A DNA stretch of 64,000 bases from Monocercomonoides exilis PA203 (Eukaryota > Protista > Preaxostyla): assembly GCA_001643675.2 (NCBI GenBank), contig LSRY02000031.1:1116001-1180000 (forward strand). Reading direction: 5' to 3'. Every line of letters begins with the position of its first letter. The first letter of the stretch is position 1. Of this stretch, positions 35,264 through 46,851 are shown piece by piece. The position numbers and the translations under genes were made by a program. The notes below the pieces were generated by a model. That model was not told where the DNA came from and ran no database searches. It worked only from the letters and a program-made list of their open reading frames with translations.

Positions 35264-37279
35264 ATGACAGATGATCAGCTGCAAAATGAAGAGGACATTG
35301 CTTTAGAGCAAACTATGAGCCTTAAAACAAAAAGGAAGCGTTCATTACGTCTTGCTTCAACAACGCCTCCTTCTTCTCCACAACATCGACAATTTTCCAT
35401 TGAAGATAGTACAAACGAGAGAGTCGAATTAAAGCCTCAAAAGACAAGAAAAATTGAGCAAGAAGATATTGGAGGAGTTATTATATCATCGGAATCTGTT
35501 GCACAATCTTCTGTTCCTTTGCCAAAATCACCACCTTTAAAAAGACCACACATTACAACATTTTATGAAAAAATACAGAGTAAAAAGAGAACTCAACAAG
35601 CAGGAGCTCCTCCACGTCCGAATTCTCCGCCATTTGTTATTCATACTTCTACTCAACTTCCAGTTGTTACACCTCATCCAGGAAGAAATCCTTTTGCTGT
35701 TCAGAATAGTAAATCCATTGTCCTTTCTCCTCCTCAATCACCGTTGCTTTATCAAGCAGCAACAACAAATTCAACGCACGTTTCATCTTTCCCCGTTATT
35801 TCAAACAGTGGATCTCAACAGAAAGGTTCACAACAGGTACCTTTGTTGCAGTCATCTTCAAAGCACCAAACACAAGCACAGATACATGCAACAAGGCAAG
35901 CTGCTCTAACACAACATATTTCGAACGAACAAGCACAATTTCCTCATATTCACAAAGGAAGCGATAAAGTGAATGAAAATGATAGTTCAAAGTTTGCTTT
36001 TCAAACTCCAATTCAGAGGTCATCATCAGATGGCAAAAAAGCCGGAGAAACTTTTGAGGCCAGAGGAAATCATGAAAGAACCAAAGATTACGCCGCAAAG
36101 GAGCAGCAAGTGCCCAAAGAAGAAGTGCGCAAGGCGAGCCAGCAGCAAGCGAAAGACCGCATTCTTTTTTCGCCGTCTTCATTTCAGCTCACGCCGGCCA
36201 TTCACCAAGCAGCTGCACATTCATTTCAGACAGCCATTTCACCACAGACACAGACACAGACACAGACACAGACACCTTCAATAACAGCAACACAAACACA
36301 AACACAAACACAATCAATTGCACAGTCAATCACACATTCAATGACACAGCCACAAATACAGACACAAATGCAGACACAAGCACAGGCGCAGTTCCTGGCG
36401 CCGCTGCAGATCCAAACAGCACAGGGCTCAAGTAATAATAATAATAGTAATAGTAATAGTAGTAGTAATAATAACAATACTGCTTCTAACAATGTGCATC
36501 AGGCATTTGACGAGTCAGAGATTGCATCGTTGAAGGCTGCGATTCAGTCGTTGATTGTGTGTTTATTTTATGTATTTTGTATTTCTTTTTTTCAAACAGT
36601 GGTTTTGGAGATGGAGCATAGAAGAACATTAATTAATTAATTTATATATTTCTGAAGAAATTTTTTTTCTCCATTTTTCTATTTTCTATTTTCTATTTTC
36701 TATTTTCTTTCTTTCTTTTTAACTTTTAATCTTTTCTCAATCCATATATCTTATCCCTTACTCAACAGGCCGAGAAAGAAGTACTTGAAGAAAGAGCGAA
36801 GAAAATTGAAAGAGAAAAAGCAGAAGCCGAACGAGAGAAAGAAGCTGTGCAGGACGAATTGACTAACACATCACTGACACTTCGGACTTGCATAGAAGTT
36901 TGCATTTTATTTTATTTTATTTTATTTTATTTTATTTTATTTTATTTTATTTTATTTTATTTTATTTTATTTATTTATTTCATTCTTCGTTATTTGCTTT
37001 ATTCGTTCGTTCCTTCTTTTCTTTCATTCTATCTTTCATTTATCCATTCATTTTTCTTTCTTTCTTTTTCTTTTCAATTTTTTTCGTTTTCCACTTTTCT
37101 TTTTAATGATGAATCTTATTCTTCTTCATTTTCTTAGCAAAAAATGGATATTGCTCGCAAAAGCGAGCAAGCTCAAAAACTGGTGTGAAAAATAGCATTT
37201 TTTCGTTTCGCACACATATATTTCATAAATTTTTTCTTTTCTTTTCTTTTCTTTTCTTTTCTTTTTTAAAACTTAAAAA

Positions 37280-37318
<39 letters not shown>

Positions 37319-38433
37319 ACTCACTCACTCACTACAACTTCACAGATGAACCAGAAGTTGTGTGAAGAGGTGATTATCGTAGCCACAATGGAAGAACAAC
37401 AAAGAAGAGCTGCTTTGCGTGAAACAGATCAAAGACTGGGATATGTCACTTATCAAAGGTGTGTGATGTGGAGTTATATTTGGGAATTTATTTTGAAAGT
37501 CTTTTTATTTTTTTTTATATAATTTTTATTTTATTTTTCTTTTATTTCTCTTATTTTATTTTCTTTGCCTTTCTCTTTATTTGTTTCTAACACACTAAAA
37601 AAAAAAAAAACCCTTATTTGTCTTCTTCTCTTCTTCTTCTCTTCTTCTTCTTCTCTTCTTCTTCTTCTCTTCTTCTTCTTCTCTTCTTCTTCTATCAGAA
37701 TTGGCTCAACAGGCACAGAAGTCTGGGTCGATGGCAAGCATTTCCGTGACTTGATGATCCAAAAAGAAGAAAACGAACGAAAAATTGCTCTTTTGAAAGA
37801 GGAAGAGAAGATGATTAAGCAAAACATTTCTTCGATTGCTTCTTCTTCTTCTTCTTCTTCTTCTTCCTCATCTTCTTCATCTTCTTCCACATTCACTTCA
37901 TCAATATCATCATCATCAGCATCACCTTCACCATCACCTTCATCACCTTCATTTCATTCGTCGTCATCATCATCTTCCTCTTCTTCCTCATCCTCATCAT
38001 CATCTTCCTCCTCTTCTTCTTCTGTTTTCCCTTCTTCCTCTTCTTCTCCTGCTCCTTTTTCGCTTTCTTCTTCCTCTTCTGCCATCACTTCTGCTAACAC
38101 AACACCCACAAATTTGTCTCGAAGCAATTCATTTCAATCAGGTGTGAGGAATTTAAGAGGAAAAGAAAGAGAAAGAAAAGAAAGAAAGAAAGAAAGGAAA
38201 AGAAAGAGAAAGAGAAGAAAGTTATTATTAATGCTTATTAAAAATTCTATTGCTTTTTGTATCAAATAATATACACTTTGTAATGATTCCTTTCGTTCAA
38301 CCTCTTTAATATTCTTTTCCCTCAATTTCTTTCTCAATCAATTTATTATTTTCCCCTTATTCTTCTCCTTCAACTTCTTCTTATTCTTCCTCCTCCTTCT
38401 CCATTATTCCCCTTTCTTTTTCCCTTCGCTTTA

Positions 38434-38482
<49 letters not shown>

Positions 38483-41320
38483 CTTTCCCTCCTTCCCTCC
38501 CTCCCTCTCTCTCTTTCTCTTTCTCTCTCTCTTTCTCTTTCTCTCTCTTTCTTTCTTTTCCTCTCTCATTTTATTTCTTTATTTCTTTCTTTCTTTCTCT
38601 TCATTCAGTCATCCAATCAGCCGAGTTATACATCCAATTGGATTGTGTTCAAAGAGAGCTGAGAGAAAGGCAGAAGAAGACTTTGCAATTGGAACAGAAG
38701 CAGATGAAGTTGGAGGCAAAAAAGGAAATGCATATCAGAGAGACAAGGAAGGCGAGGGAAGAGGTATGAGAATGAAGAAGAAGAAGAAGAAGAAGAAGAT
38801 AATGAAAAAGAAAGAAAGAAAGAAAGATGAAAAGAAAAAAATTTTTTGTGAAAATAAAGTTTTTTTTCTTTTTGAGCAATAAAGTTTGTAATTTTGATTT
38901 TATTTTTCTTTTATTTTTGTGATTCTGTTTTTTTCGAACTTTCATTCTTCATTTCTCTTCCCTTTTTATGTTACCATTTCTTTCTATTATTTATTTATTT
39001 GTTTATAATTTTTATTTTAATTATTATTATTCTGTTTTTTCTCTCATTCATTTATTTATTCATTCATAAATTTATTTATTTATTTTATTCCATCCCAAGC
39101 TCTTCTCTTCCTTCACCGTTGGCTCCGTCTTCCTCCGCCGCTACATCATCCTCAGCCTCATCGGCAGCGGAGGTTTTTCTTCTGTCTACAAAGCGCGAGA
39201 CATCGAAAACAACTGCTTTGTCGCTCTGAAGGTGCATTCGATGCAGCGAGGGTGGAATGCGGAGAGGAAGGAGAACTATGCAAAGCACGTGGTGAGGGAG
39301 CTGACGATACAGAGGGAGTTGAAGAACAGACATATTGTGCAGTTGATAGATGTGCATGTGATGAACGAGGATATCATTGTGGCAGTGTTGGAGTACTGCG
39401 AAGGGGGAGATCTGGAAGGGAGGATGAAGCAGAGGCTGGTGGAGGCGAAGAGGAAGATGGAGGAGGAGAAGGAGTGGAGGAAGAGGAAGGAGTGGGAGGA
39501 GGAGGAGTTTGGGGTGGAGAGAAGAGAGAGGGAAAGGGAGAGGGAAAGGGAGAGGGAAAGAGAAAGAGAAAGAGAGAGAGAAGGAGAAAGAGGAGAAAGA
39601 GGAAGGATGGTGATAGAGGAGGAAGGAGTTAACAGTGGGAAAATGCAAAGGCAGATAATTGCACCAACGGCAACTCATTCAATGGTAGGTATGATGGATG
39701 AGAGAGAAAGAAATGCTGATGATAAGAAGCAGGCTATGCAATCATCATCATCATCTTCATCTTCTTCCTCTTCCTCTTCTTCCTCTTCCTCTTCCTCTTC
39801 CTCTTCCTCTTCCTCTTCCTCCTCTTCTTCAAATATCAGCAGAAGTGGTTATCTAAATGACAATGATAACAATGATAATAACAATGAAAATAATAATTAT
39901 AATAATCACAATGCAAAAGAATCTTTTTATAACCACAACCACACTTATAGCAGTAGTTCAGCAGAAACACTTCTCTTCAGTGAAAGTGAATGCCGAAGCA
40001 TCATTGGGCAAGTGATGCTTGCTCTTGTGTATCTGTCCCAACAGAAGAGGCGGGTGATCCATTATGACCTGAAACCGGCGAATGTTCTGTTTAAAGAAGG
40101 GAACAGGGTTTTGATATCTGATTTTGGCTTGTCGAAAGTGATGGAAGGGAGCGAAGAGAGCGATATTGAGCTGACGTCACAGGGAGCAGGGACGTATTGG
40201 TATCTGCCCCCTGAGTGTTTTGTGCAAGGTGTGTGGTTTTGAGAGAAAATATGTAAATAAATGAATATGTTAATAAATGAACATATGAATATGAATATGA
40301 ATATATATTTGTGTGTGAGAGGGAAGAAGGAAAGGAGTGAGAGAAGGAGAAGGAGAAAGAGAAGGAGAATGATTGATATCATTGCGTTCAAATAAAGTTC
40401 TGGATTTTTTCTATTTAATAATAGTAAAACTTTTATATCAAATTTATATTTTTTTTGTTTTATCACTTTTATTAATAATAATCTTATTTATAATTGCTTT
40501 TTTAATTTATTCACAATTATTCTTTTCATCTTCATCATCACTTTCCCTTCCCCCCTCCCCCCCCTTCCTTTAGCCGCACCTCCCCCCACCGCTCCGATCT
40601 CCTTCACCCTCTCCCCCTCTGCTCTTCCATCCCCCGCTTTACCTCATCAGCCTTCTTCTCTTCCATTCAATGCCAACAAAATCGAGCCCAGAATAAACAA
40701 CAAAGTGGATGTGTGGTCGGTTGGAGTGATTCTCTTTCAGCTTCTCTTTGGGAAAAGGCCGTTTGGACACACACAAACACCGCAGAGCATTTTGATCAAT
40801 AGAACAATTCTGAATGCGTTTGAGGTGGAGTTTCCAGATACAAGGAGGATTTCGGAGGAGGCGAAAGTATGTGTTATGCTATTATTTATTATTCAATATT
40901 CATTGCTATTGCTATTGCTATTGCTATTGCTATTATTTATTTATTTATTTATTAATTAATTAATATTTTTTTATTTTGATTGCTTGATGTAATAAATTTA
41001 TAAATGCTAATATTTTCAATATGAAAAATTATCACTTTTTTTCCCCCTTTCATTTTTCATTCTTTTCTTTTCCTTTTTTTTTCTTTTCCAACTTTTAACT
41101 CTAATTATTATTTCAATCAACCAAACAGGACTTTATTCTCCAGTGTCTCAAATACAACCCGTCTCAAAGGATGGATGCAGTCACTTCTCTTTCCCACCCT
41201 TTCCTTTCGCCTCTCACCCACATCCCAAAAGAACTTGTACCAGCAACCACAATTCCGACTCCTCCTTCTTCGCCTCCTCCTTCCTCTTCTTTCACTTCAT
41301 ATGTGTCAACATTTTCATAA
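35264..41320 (+). CDS. TLK: Tousled-like kinase (multi-exon, long low-complexity inserts)
   Basis: TLK-specific RLGYVTYQR|IGSTGTEVWVDG and HIRETRK are present. The kinase reads RYIILSLIGSGGFSSVYKA...ALKVH...WNAERKENYAKHVVRE...IHYDLKPAN...SDFGLSK...ELTSQGAGTYWYLPPECF...INNKVDVWSVGVI...GKRPFGH. The last exon is 41129-41320. Confidence 0.92.
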
Positions 41321-42395
41321 AACGGATTAATTTCTTTCTTTTCTTTTCTTTCTTTCTTTTTTTTTTTTTCTTTTCTTTTCTTTTCTTTTCTTTTCTTTTC
41401 TTTTCTTTTCTTTTCTTTTTATTTCCTTATTCATGAGTCTTGTTTGAATTTGTTTTGTACTTTTTAAAAAATGAAGATTGTATAAATATATATCTATTTT
41501 TTTCATGATTATGTAATTTATTTTTAATTTTGTATTTTTTATTATGGCTTAGAGCTCTTAAGATCATTCTTTTTTTTTGTTTTTATCAGAAAATATATAA
41601 TTCTTATTGTAACATATTTGATTAAATGTATCATCCAAATGCTGTTTAATTATCCTCCGCTTCAATTCTGTTTTCTTTTCTTTTCTTTTAATTTGCAGAT
41701 CTCGTGCAAAGTTAATTTAGACACAGAAAATAATCGACTTTGAAGAAATTAAAATTGTAATTATTTTTAAGTAATTATCTTTAATGAAAAAACGGAGAAA
41801 TTCGAAAAGAACAAAATTTCTTCACAGTTAAAGACAGATTGTTTTAATTATCATTATTTTTTTTTCCCCATCAAAACCAAATTGAAATGGTTATTCTTTG
41901 AAGAAATAAATTGGATTAATGATAAGCATTTATTCACAAAGAAGAGAATGGAAAGTGAATAAGAAAGGCAGTTATAACTCTCTTTTTATTCATTTCAAAT
42001 CATTAACAATAAAAATTTGCTGGTTCTTCAAACTAAACAACTAGTAAACTTTTGATTTCAATTTTTTTTACAAGATAAATCCAAAATTCATGAACGCAAT
42101 TGTTATTTTCACCAAAGTGAATACCTATCAGAAAAAATAGCCGACAATAGAAACAACAACCTCAGTCATAAAAAAATCCAAATGAACGTTGAAGAATAAG
42201 AAATCATGAGCTGAATTGAATAAATAGGATAATAAATCTATTGTGAAATGGATAAATAAATAAAATAAAATAACAATAACAATAATAACAATTAAACAAA
42301 GATTAAAATAAAGAAAAAGAATAAAAAAATATACACCTTATTTTGTAACCTTATGGAAATTTTGTGAATGAAAACAAAGATATAGAAAAGAAAGG

Positions 42396-42444
<49 letters not shown>

Positions 42445-42806
42445 AATTTAAAAATTAAAAGATCAAACTGTAGAATTCCAAAATTAAAAATTCCAATAAA
42501 AATAAAATAAAATAAAATAAAATAAACTCACAATTTACATATTGAAGTGTCTTATAAATATTTTTAGATCTGTATAATTCATCTTCATTATTTTTTATTA
42601 AAAAAATTTTTTTTTCAATTTTCAAACAAAAAATGGAGAATAAATAAACAAGTTAATATATAAACAAAATAAAACTTTTCAAAAACAAGTGATCAAATAA
42701 AATAAAAATTTAATTCAATTCAATTCAACCCATCCCAACTTAACCAATCCCAACTCAATCTTTCTCAATCAAATTTCACATAAAACTTCACATAAAAACT
42801 TCATTT

Positions 42807-45800
42807 TTACTCCTTCTTTTCTTCTTTTTCTTCTTTTCCTTCTTCTTCTTCTAATTTATCCTTATCAGAATTATCTTCATTTCTTCTCTGCTCTTCTCTT
42901 GCTGCTTTTGTGGCTGACAACAAGAAATGCTGCAAAAGCAACAGATTTCGCTTATATTCAATAGACCTGTTTTGTTGGTTTAGATTTTTATCAGAAGAAT
43001 TAGAAGAAGAATTAGATTTATCAGAAGAAGAAGAAGAAGGAGGAGGAGGAGGAGGAAGAGAAGAAGAATTAATAGAAGAAGAAGAATTATCAGTAATATT
43101 ATCTGAAGAAGAATTTGAAGAATCATTAGAAGAAGAAATAGCAGAATTAGTAGAACCATCGCATTTATTCATAACATTTCTGCATTTACCAGAAGAAACA
43201 CCTGAAAGACGATAATTATTATTATTAATATTATTATAATTATCATGATCATAAGAACGACTAGAATACATAGGAAAACGAAGAAAATCGGGAAAATCTG
43301 ATTGATAATAGCCATTGCTCGTATCAATATCACCATAGATGTTTATATTACTATCATTGGATTCGCTATCATCATCATTATCAGAAGAAGAAGAAGAAGA
43401 AGAAGAAGAAGAAGAAGAAGAAGAAGAAGAAGAATGAGAAGAAGAATGAGAAGAAGAAGAAGAAGAAGAAGAATCTTTAGGAATCATAAGCTTTTTCAGT
43501 GTTTCCATTGCTTCTCTGTATTCCTGTGGAAAACCTGCATATTCATCTGAATTTTGTGTTTGTGAAGAAGAAGAAGAAGAAGAATTTGATGATGAAGATA
43601 AGGAAGAGGAAGAGGAAGAGGAAGAGGAAGAAGAAGAAGAAGAAGAAGAAGAAGAAGAAGATGTTGATGATGAATTTGAAGAATTAGAAGAAAAAGAATT
43701 AGAAGAACGACTTGAAGCAGTTGCAGTAGTAGAAGATGATGATATTGATGATGAAGGATTAGAAGAAGAAGAAGGTGGAGGCGGAGGAGGAGGAGGAGGA
43801 ATATGAGATGAAGGAAATATGAAAGAATAATTCTGATGAGGAGGAGAAAAAGAAGGAGAAAGAGAAGAAAAAGAAGGAATATGAGAATTATTTGAATTCA
43901 TTCCAAAATTAGTTCTAAATATATCTTCAACTTTAATATCATCATCATCATCTTTACAAACATAATTATAATAATATTCATTTATTTCTTCTTCAAAATC
44001 TTCTTCTCCTTCTTCTTCCCCTTCCCCTTCCCCTTCCCCTTCTTCTTCTTCTTCTTCTTCTTCATCTGCAATAATCGAAGCTAAAGAAGAACTAAATGAA
44101 GAATTCAAAGAAGAAGGAGAAGGAGAAGAAGGAGAAGGAGAAGAAAGAGGAGGAGGGGTGGAAGAAGGAGAAGGAGGAGGAGGTGTGTCTGGAAGAGGAA
44201 TGGAGTTATGAGAGAAAGAAATGCTTGAAGGGACAAAGGGAATTTTGGATGGGTCGAAGATGGGGGAAGAGAAGGAAGGGACATAACAAGGGAAGAAAGA
44301 AGGGAAAGAAGAAGAAGGATGAGAAGAAGAGGAGGGGGAAGAAGAGGAGGAGGAAGAAGAAGGATTTGACGATGATGATGATGAAGGTTTTGAAGAAGGA
44401 AGAGAAGAGGAAGGAGAAGGAGAAGAAGAAGATGATGAAGAAGAATTAGAATTAGAATCAGTAGTAGTAGTAGAAGAAGAAGATGAATTTGAAGAAGAAT
44501 CAGAAGAAGGAGGAGGAGGAACATTCGGATAAGCAACACGAGGACACGGAGGATTCGAATTAGGAGGGTAATAAGTGATTCCTTTGATGCTGAATTTGAA
44601 GTTCTTTGACAACCCAGGCATTCTTAAATGTCCTATCTGTTGGTTGCTGAAAGGAGGAGGAAAAGTAAATTTGATCGGTTTTGGCTGAGTTTCGGTTGTT
44701 TGTGAAGAATTAGAGGAATTAGAAGAATTAGAAGAACAAGAAGAACAAGAAGAATTTGATGATTTTATTGGATTTGTTGGATTTCCTAAGTTTGTTTGGT
44801 TCATTGTATTTATTGAGTTTATTGATTCCTTTGTGGAGTTATTAGAATTGCATTCAGAATAAGAATAAGATGGTTGTTTGCTTGATTGATTGGATAATTC
44901 ACTTGAAGAAGAAGAAATAGAAGAAATAGAAGAAGAAGAAGAAGAAGAAGAAGAAGAAGAAGGAAGAGGAGAAGAAGAAGATAGTAAACGAGTAGAATAA
45001 GGTTGATGAATGTTGTTTGGCTGTGCTGAAGAAGAAGGAAAAGAAGAAGAAGAAGAAGAAGAAATAAAAGATTTAGATGAATTAGAAGCATCATCATTAT
45101 CAACAGGGGAAGAATTATCTGAAGAAGAAGTTTTTGTTGAAATTGCAGCTGAAAATAAAGCGGATAATGGAGAAGATATGGAAGAAGAATTGGAAGAAGG
45201 ATGAGAAGAATTAGTAGAAGAAGAATTAGAATTAGAAGAAGACTGATTCAATGAAGAACGAGCTGTGACTGCAGCTAAACGCTCTAAGGCCATTCGAAAG
45301 GCTTGTGAAGCAGAAATATTAGAAGAAGAAGAAGAAGATGATGATGATGAATTTCCTTTGTTCTGTTGTTGTGTTTGTGTATTTTTACCTTGTTCGGATT
45401 TGTTTTTCGATTTTTTGTTCTTTTTGGATCGTTTTCCCTTTTTAACTGAATTTTCTGGTTTTTCAGAGATAGAAGAAGAAGAGGAAGAAGAAGTAGAAAT
45501 TGATTGATTAGTTTGCTTGTAATTATCTGAAGAAGAAGAAGAAGATGAAGACGAAGGAGGAGAAGAAGATGAACAATCACTCAACAATTTTTGCTCTCTT
45601 TCACTGTTTGCTCCGTTATTTGCCATCGATTTAGCCTTCGCCTCATTCTCAATCGTACTTTCTGGCTGTGTTGGATCTCTTTTCTCTTCTTTCTTTTCTT
45701 TTCCCTCAAAATATTCCTTTTTTTCTTCATTTTCTTCATTTTCTTTGTTTTCTTTATTTTCCTTTTTCTCTCTGTTCTTCTTTGCAGATAGCTCTTTCTC

Positions 45801-46670
45801 GGTCCTCCCATCGATTCGTATCGTGGGCAACTCCTTCATCGCATTGCACTCATTGTAAATAAGCGAGCGGCTGACTGGATCATGTATCTCTATGTGCGGT
45901 ATTTCAGCACCGGAAGATGATATTTCTCTAACAGTGCGCTGTTGGATAGAAGAAGGAGAAGGAGGAGAGGGAGAAGAAGAAGAAGAAGAGGAAGGAAATA
46001 GTAAGTGAGGCTGTGCCTGGCTTGATGGCTCCTTTGAACTATTCATATGCTTTTGATCCAAACTGCTTGCTTTTGCAGAAGATCTTTGAGGTGAACAGCT
46101 GCTCGTTGGGGATAAACTTTCACCAAAATGACGTGTACGTTCTGAACCAATCAAACCAATCCAATCCAAGCTCACACGATCGAGCGATCTGTAAAGAAGT
46201 GCTTCTGAATCTGGCTGAGAATATCCACCAAATATGCTTGGATGCGGCTCTATTTTAGTGTATGCTGATGAAGATATTTTTTCATCCAACATTATATTAT
46301 CATTCATATCTTCGTTTGCATCAGAAGCATCATGCTCAATTTGTTTTGACGAATTATCTTTCTTTGCAGTTGTTTCAAGAGAAGATCTATTCACTTTTTT
46401 GTTGGAGTATTTACTATCTTGCTTCATTTCATCCATCTTTTCTTGATCCCCATTTTTAAATCCAAGATGAATAATAACGCCATCTGATACTTTATTAGAT
46501 GCAAGAGTGCCATTTGAAAGCACCTTTCCGTTGAAGATCAATGTTTGCTTGTTTTCTGGAACAGAAATCTTAAAAGCAATCTTTTCTTTAAGTTGTTCAA
46601 CTGTTTCCTTCTCTTCACATTCAATTGCACAAATATTTGAACCATATGAATAACGAACTGAGATCTTCAT
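42807..46670 (-). CDS. Ubiquitin-like-domain protein with long Ser/Pro/acidic low-complexity body
   Basis: 1287-aa ORF with an N-terminal UBL domain (TVEQLKEKIA...QTLIFNGKVL..TLASNKVSDGVIIHL); the remainder is poly-Ser rich. The terminal GAGTAA could be a splice donor, so the 3' end is uncertain. Confidence 0.75.
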   Translation of the reverse strand: MKISVRYSYGSNICAIECEEKETVEQLKEKIAFKISVPENKQTLIFNGKVLSNGTLASNKVSDGVIIHLGFKNGDQEKMDEMKQDSKYSNKKVNRSSLETTAKKDNSSKQIEHDASDANEDMNDNIMLDEKISSSAYTKIEPHPSIFGGYSQPDSEALLYRSLDRVSLDWIGLIGSERTRHFGESLSPTSSCSPQRSSAKASSLDQKHMNSSKEPSSQAQPHLLFPSSSSSSSPSPPSPSSIQQRTVREISSSGAEIPHIEIHDPVSRSLIYNECNAMKELPTIRIDGRTEKELSAKKNREKKENKENKENEENEEKKEYFEGKEKKEEKRDPTQPESTIENEAKAKSMANNGANSEREQKLLSDCSSSSPPSSSSSSSSSDNYKQTNQSISTSSSSSSSISEKPENSVKKGKRSKKNKKSKNKSEQGKNTQTQQQNKGNSSSSSSSSSSNISASQAFRMALERLAAVTARSSLNQSSSNSNSSSTNSSHPSSNSSSISSPLSALFSAAISTKTSSSDNSSPVDNDDASNSSKSFISSSSSSSFPSSSAQPNNIHQPYSTRLLSSSSPLPSSSSSSSSSSSISSISSSSSELSNQSSKQPSYSYSECNSNNSTKESINSINTMNQTNLGNPTNPIKSSNSSCSSCSSNSSNSSNSSQTTETQPKPIKFTFPPPFSNQQIGHLRMPGLSKNFKFSIKGITYYPPNSNPPCPRVAYPNVPPPPSSDSSSNSSSSSTTTTDSNSNSSSSSSSSPSPSSSLPSSKPSSSSSSNPSSSSSSSSPSSSSHPSSSFPSFFPCYVPSFSSPIFDPSKIPFVPSSISFSHNSIPLPDTPPPPSPSSTPPPLSSPSPSSPSPSSLNSSFSSSLASIIADEEEEEEEEGEGEGEGEEEGEEDFEEEINEYYYNYVCKDDDDDIKVEDIFRTNFGMNSNNSHIPSFSSLSPSFSPPHQNYSFIFPSSHIPPPPPPPPPSSSSNPSSSISSSSTTATASSRSSNSFSSNSSNSSSTSSSSSSSSSSSSSSSSSSSSLSSSSNSSSSSSSQTQNSDEYAGFPQEYREAMETLKKLMIPKDSSSSSSSSHSSSHSSSSSSSSSSSSSSSSSDNDDDSESNDSNINIYGDIDTSNGYYQSDFPDFLRFPMYSSRSYDHDNYNNINNNNYRLSGVSSGKCRNVMNKCDGSTNSAISSSNDSSNSSSDNITDNSSSSINSSSLPPPPPPSSSSSDKSNSSSNSSDKNLNQQNRSIEYKRNLLLLQHFLLSATKAAREEQRRNEDNSDKDKLEEEEGKEEKEEKKE

Positions 46671-46851
46671 TTGGAAAGAAAAATATCACTTTGAACACAA
46701 ATTTGCAAATTGATCAAAAAATACAAACAAAGGTTATTGACTTTTATTCATTGAAAATTCACAAGAACCTTGCAAATTATATTGTCGCATGTTGAACAAT
46801 GGTGGAATGATGATTGGAAAAACTTTTATACATTATTCGAAAATTTCCAAA

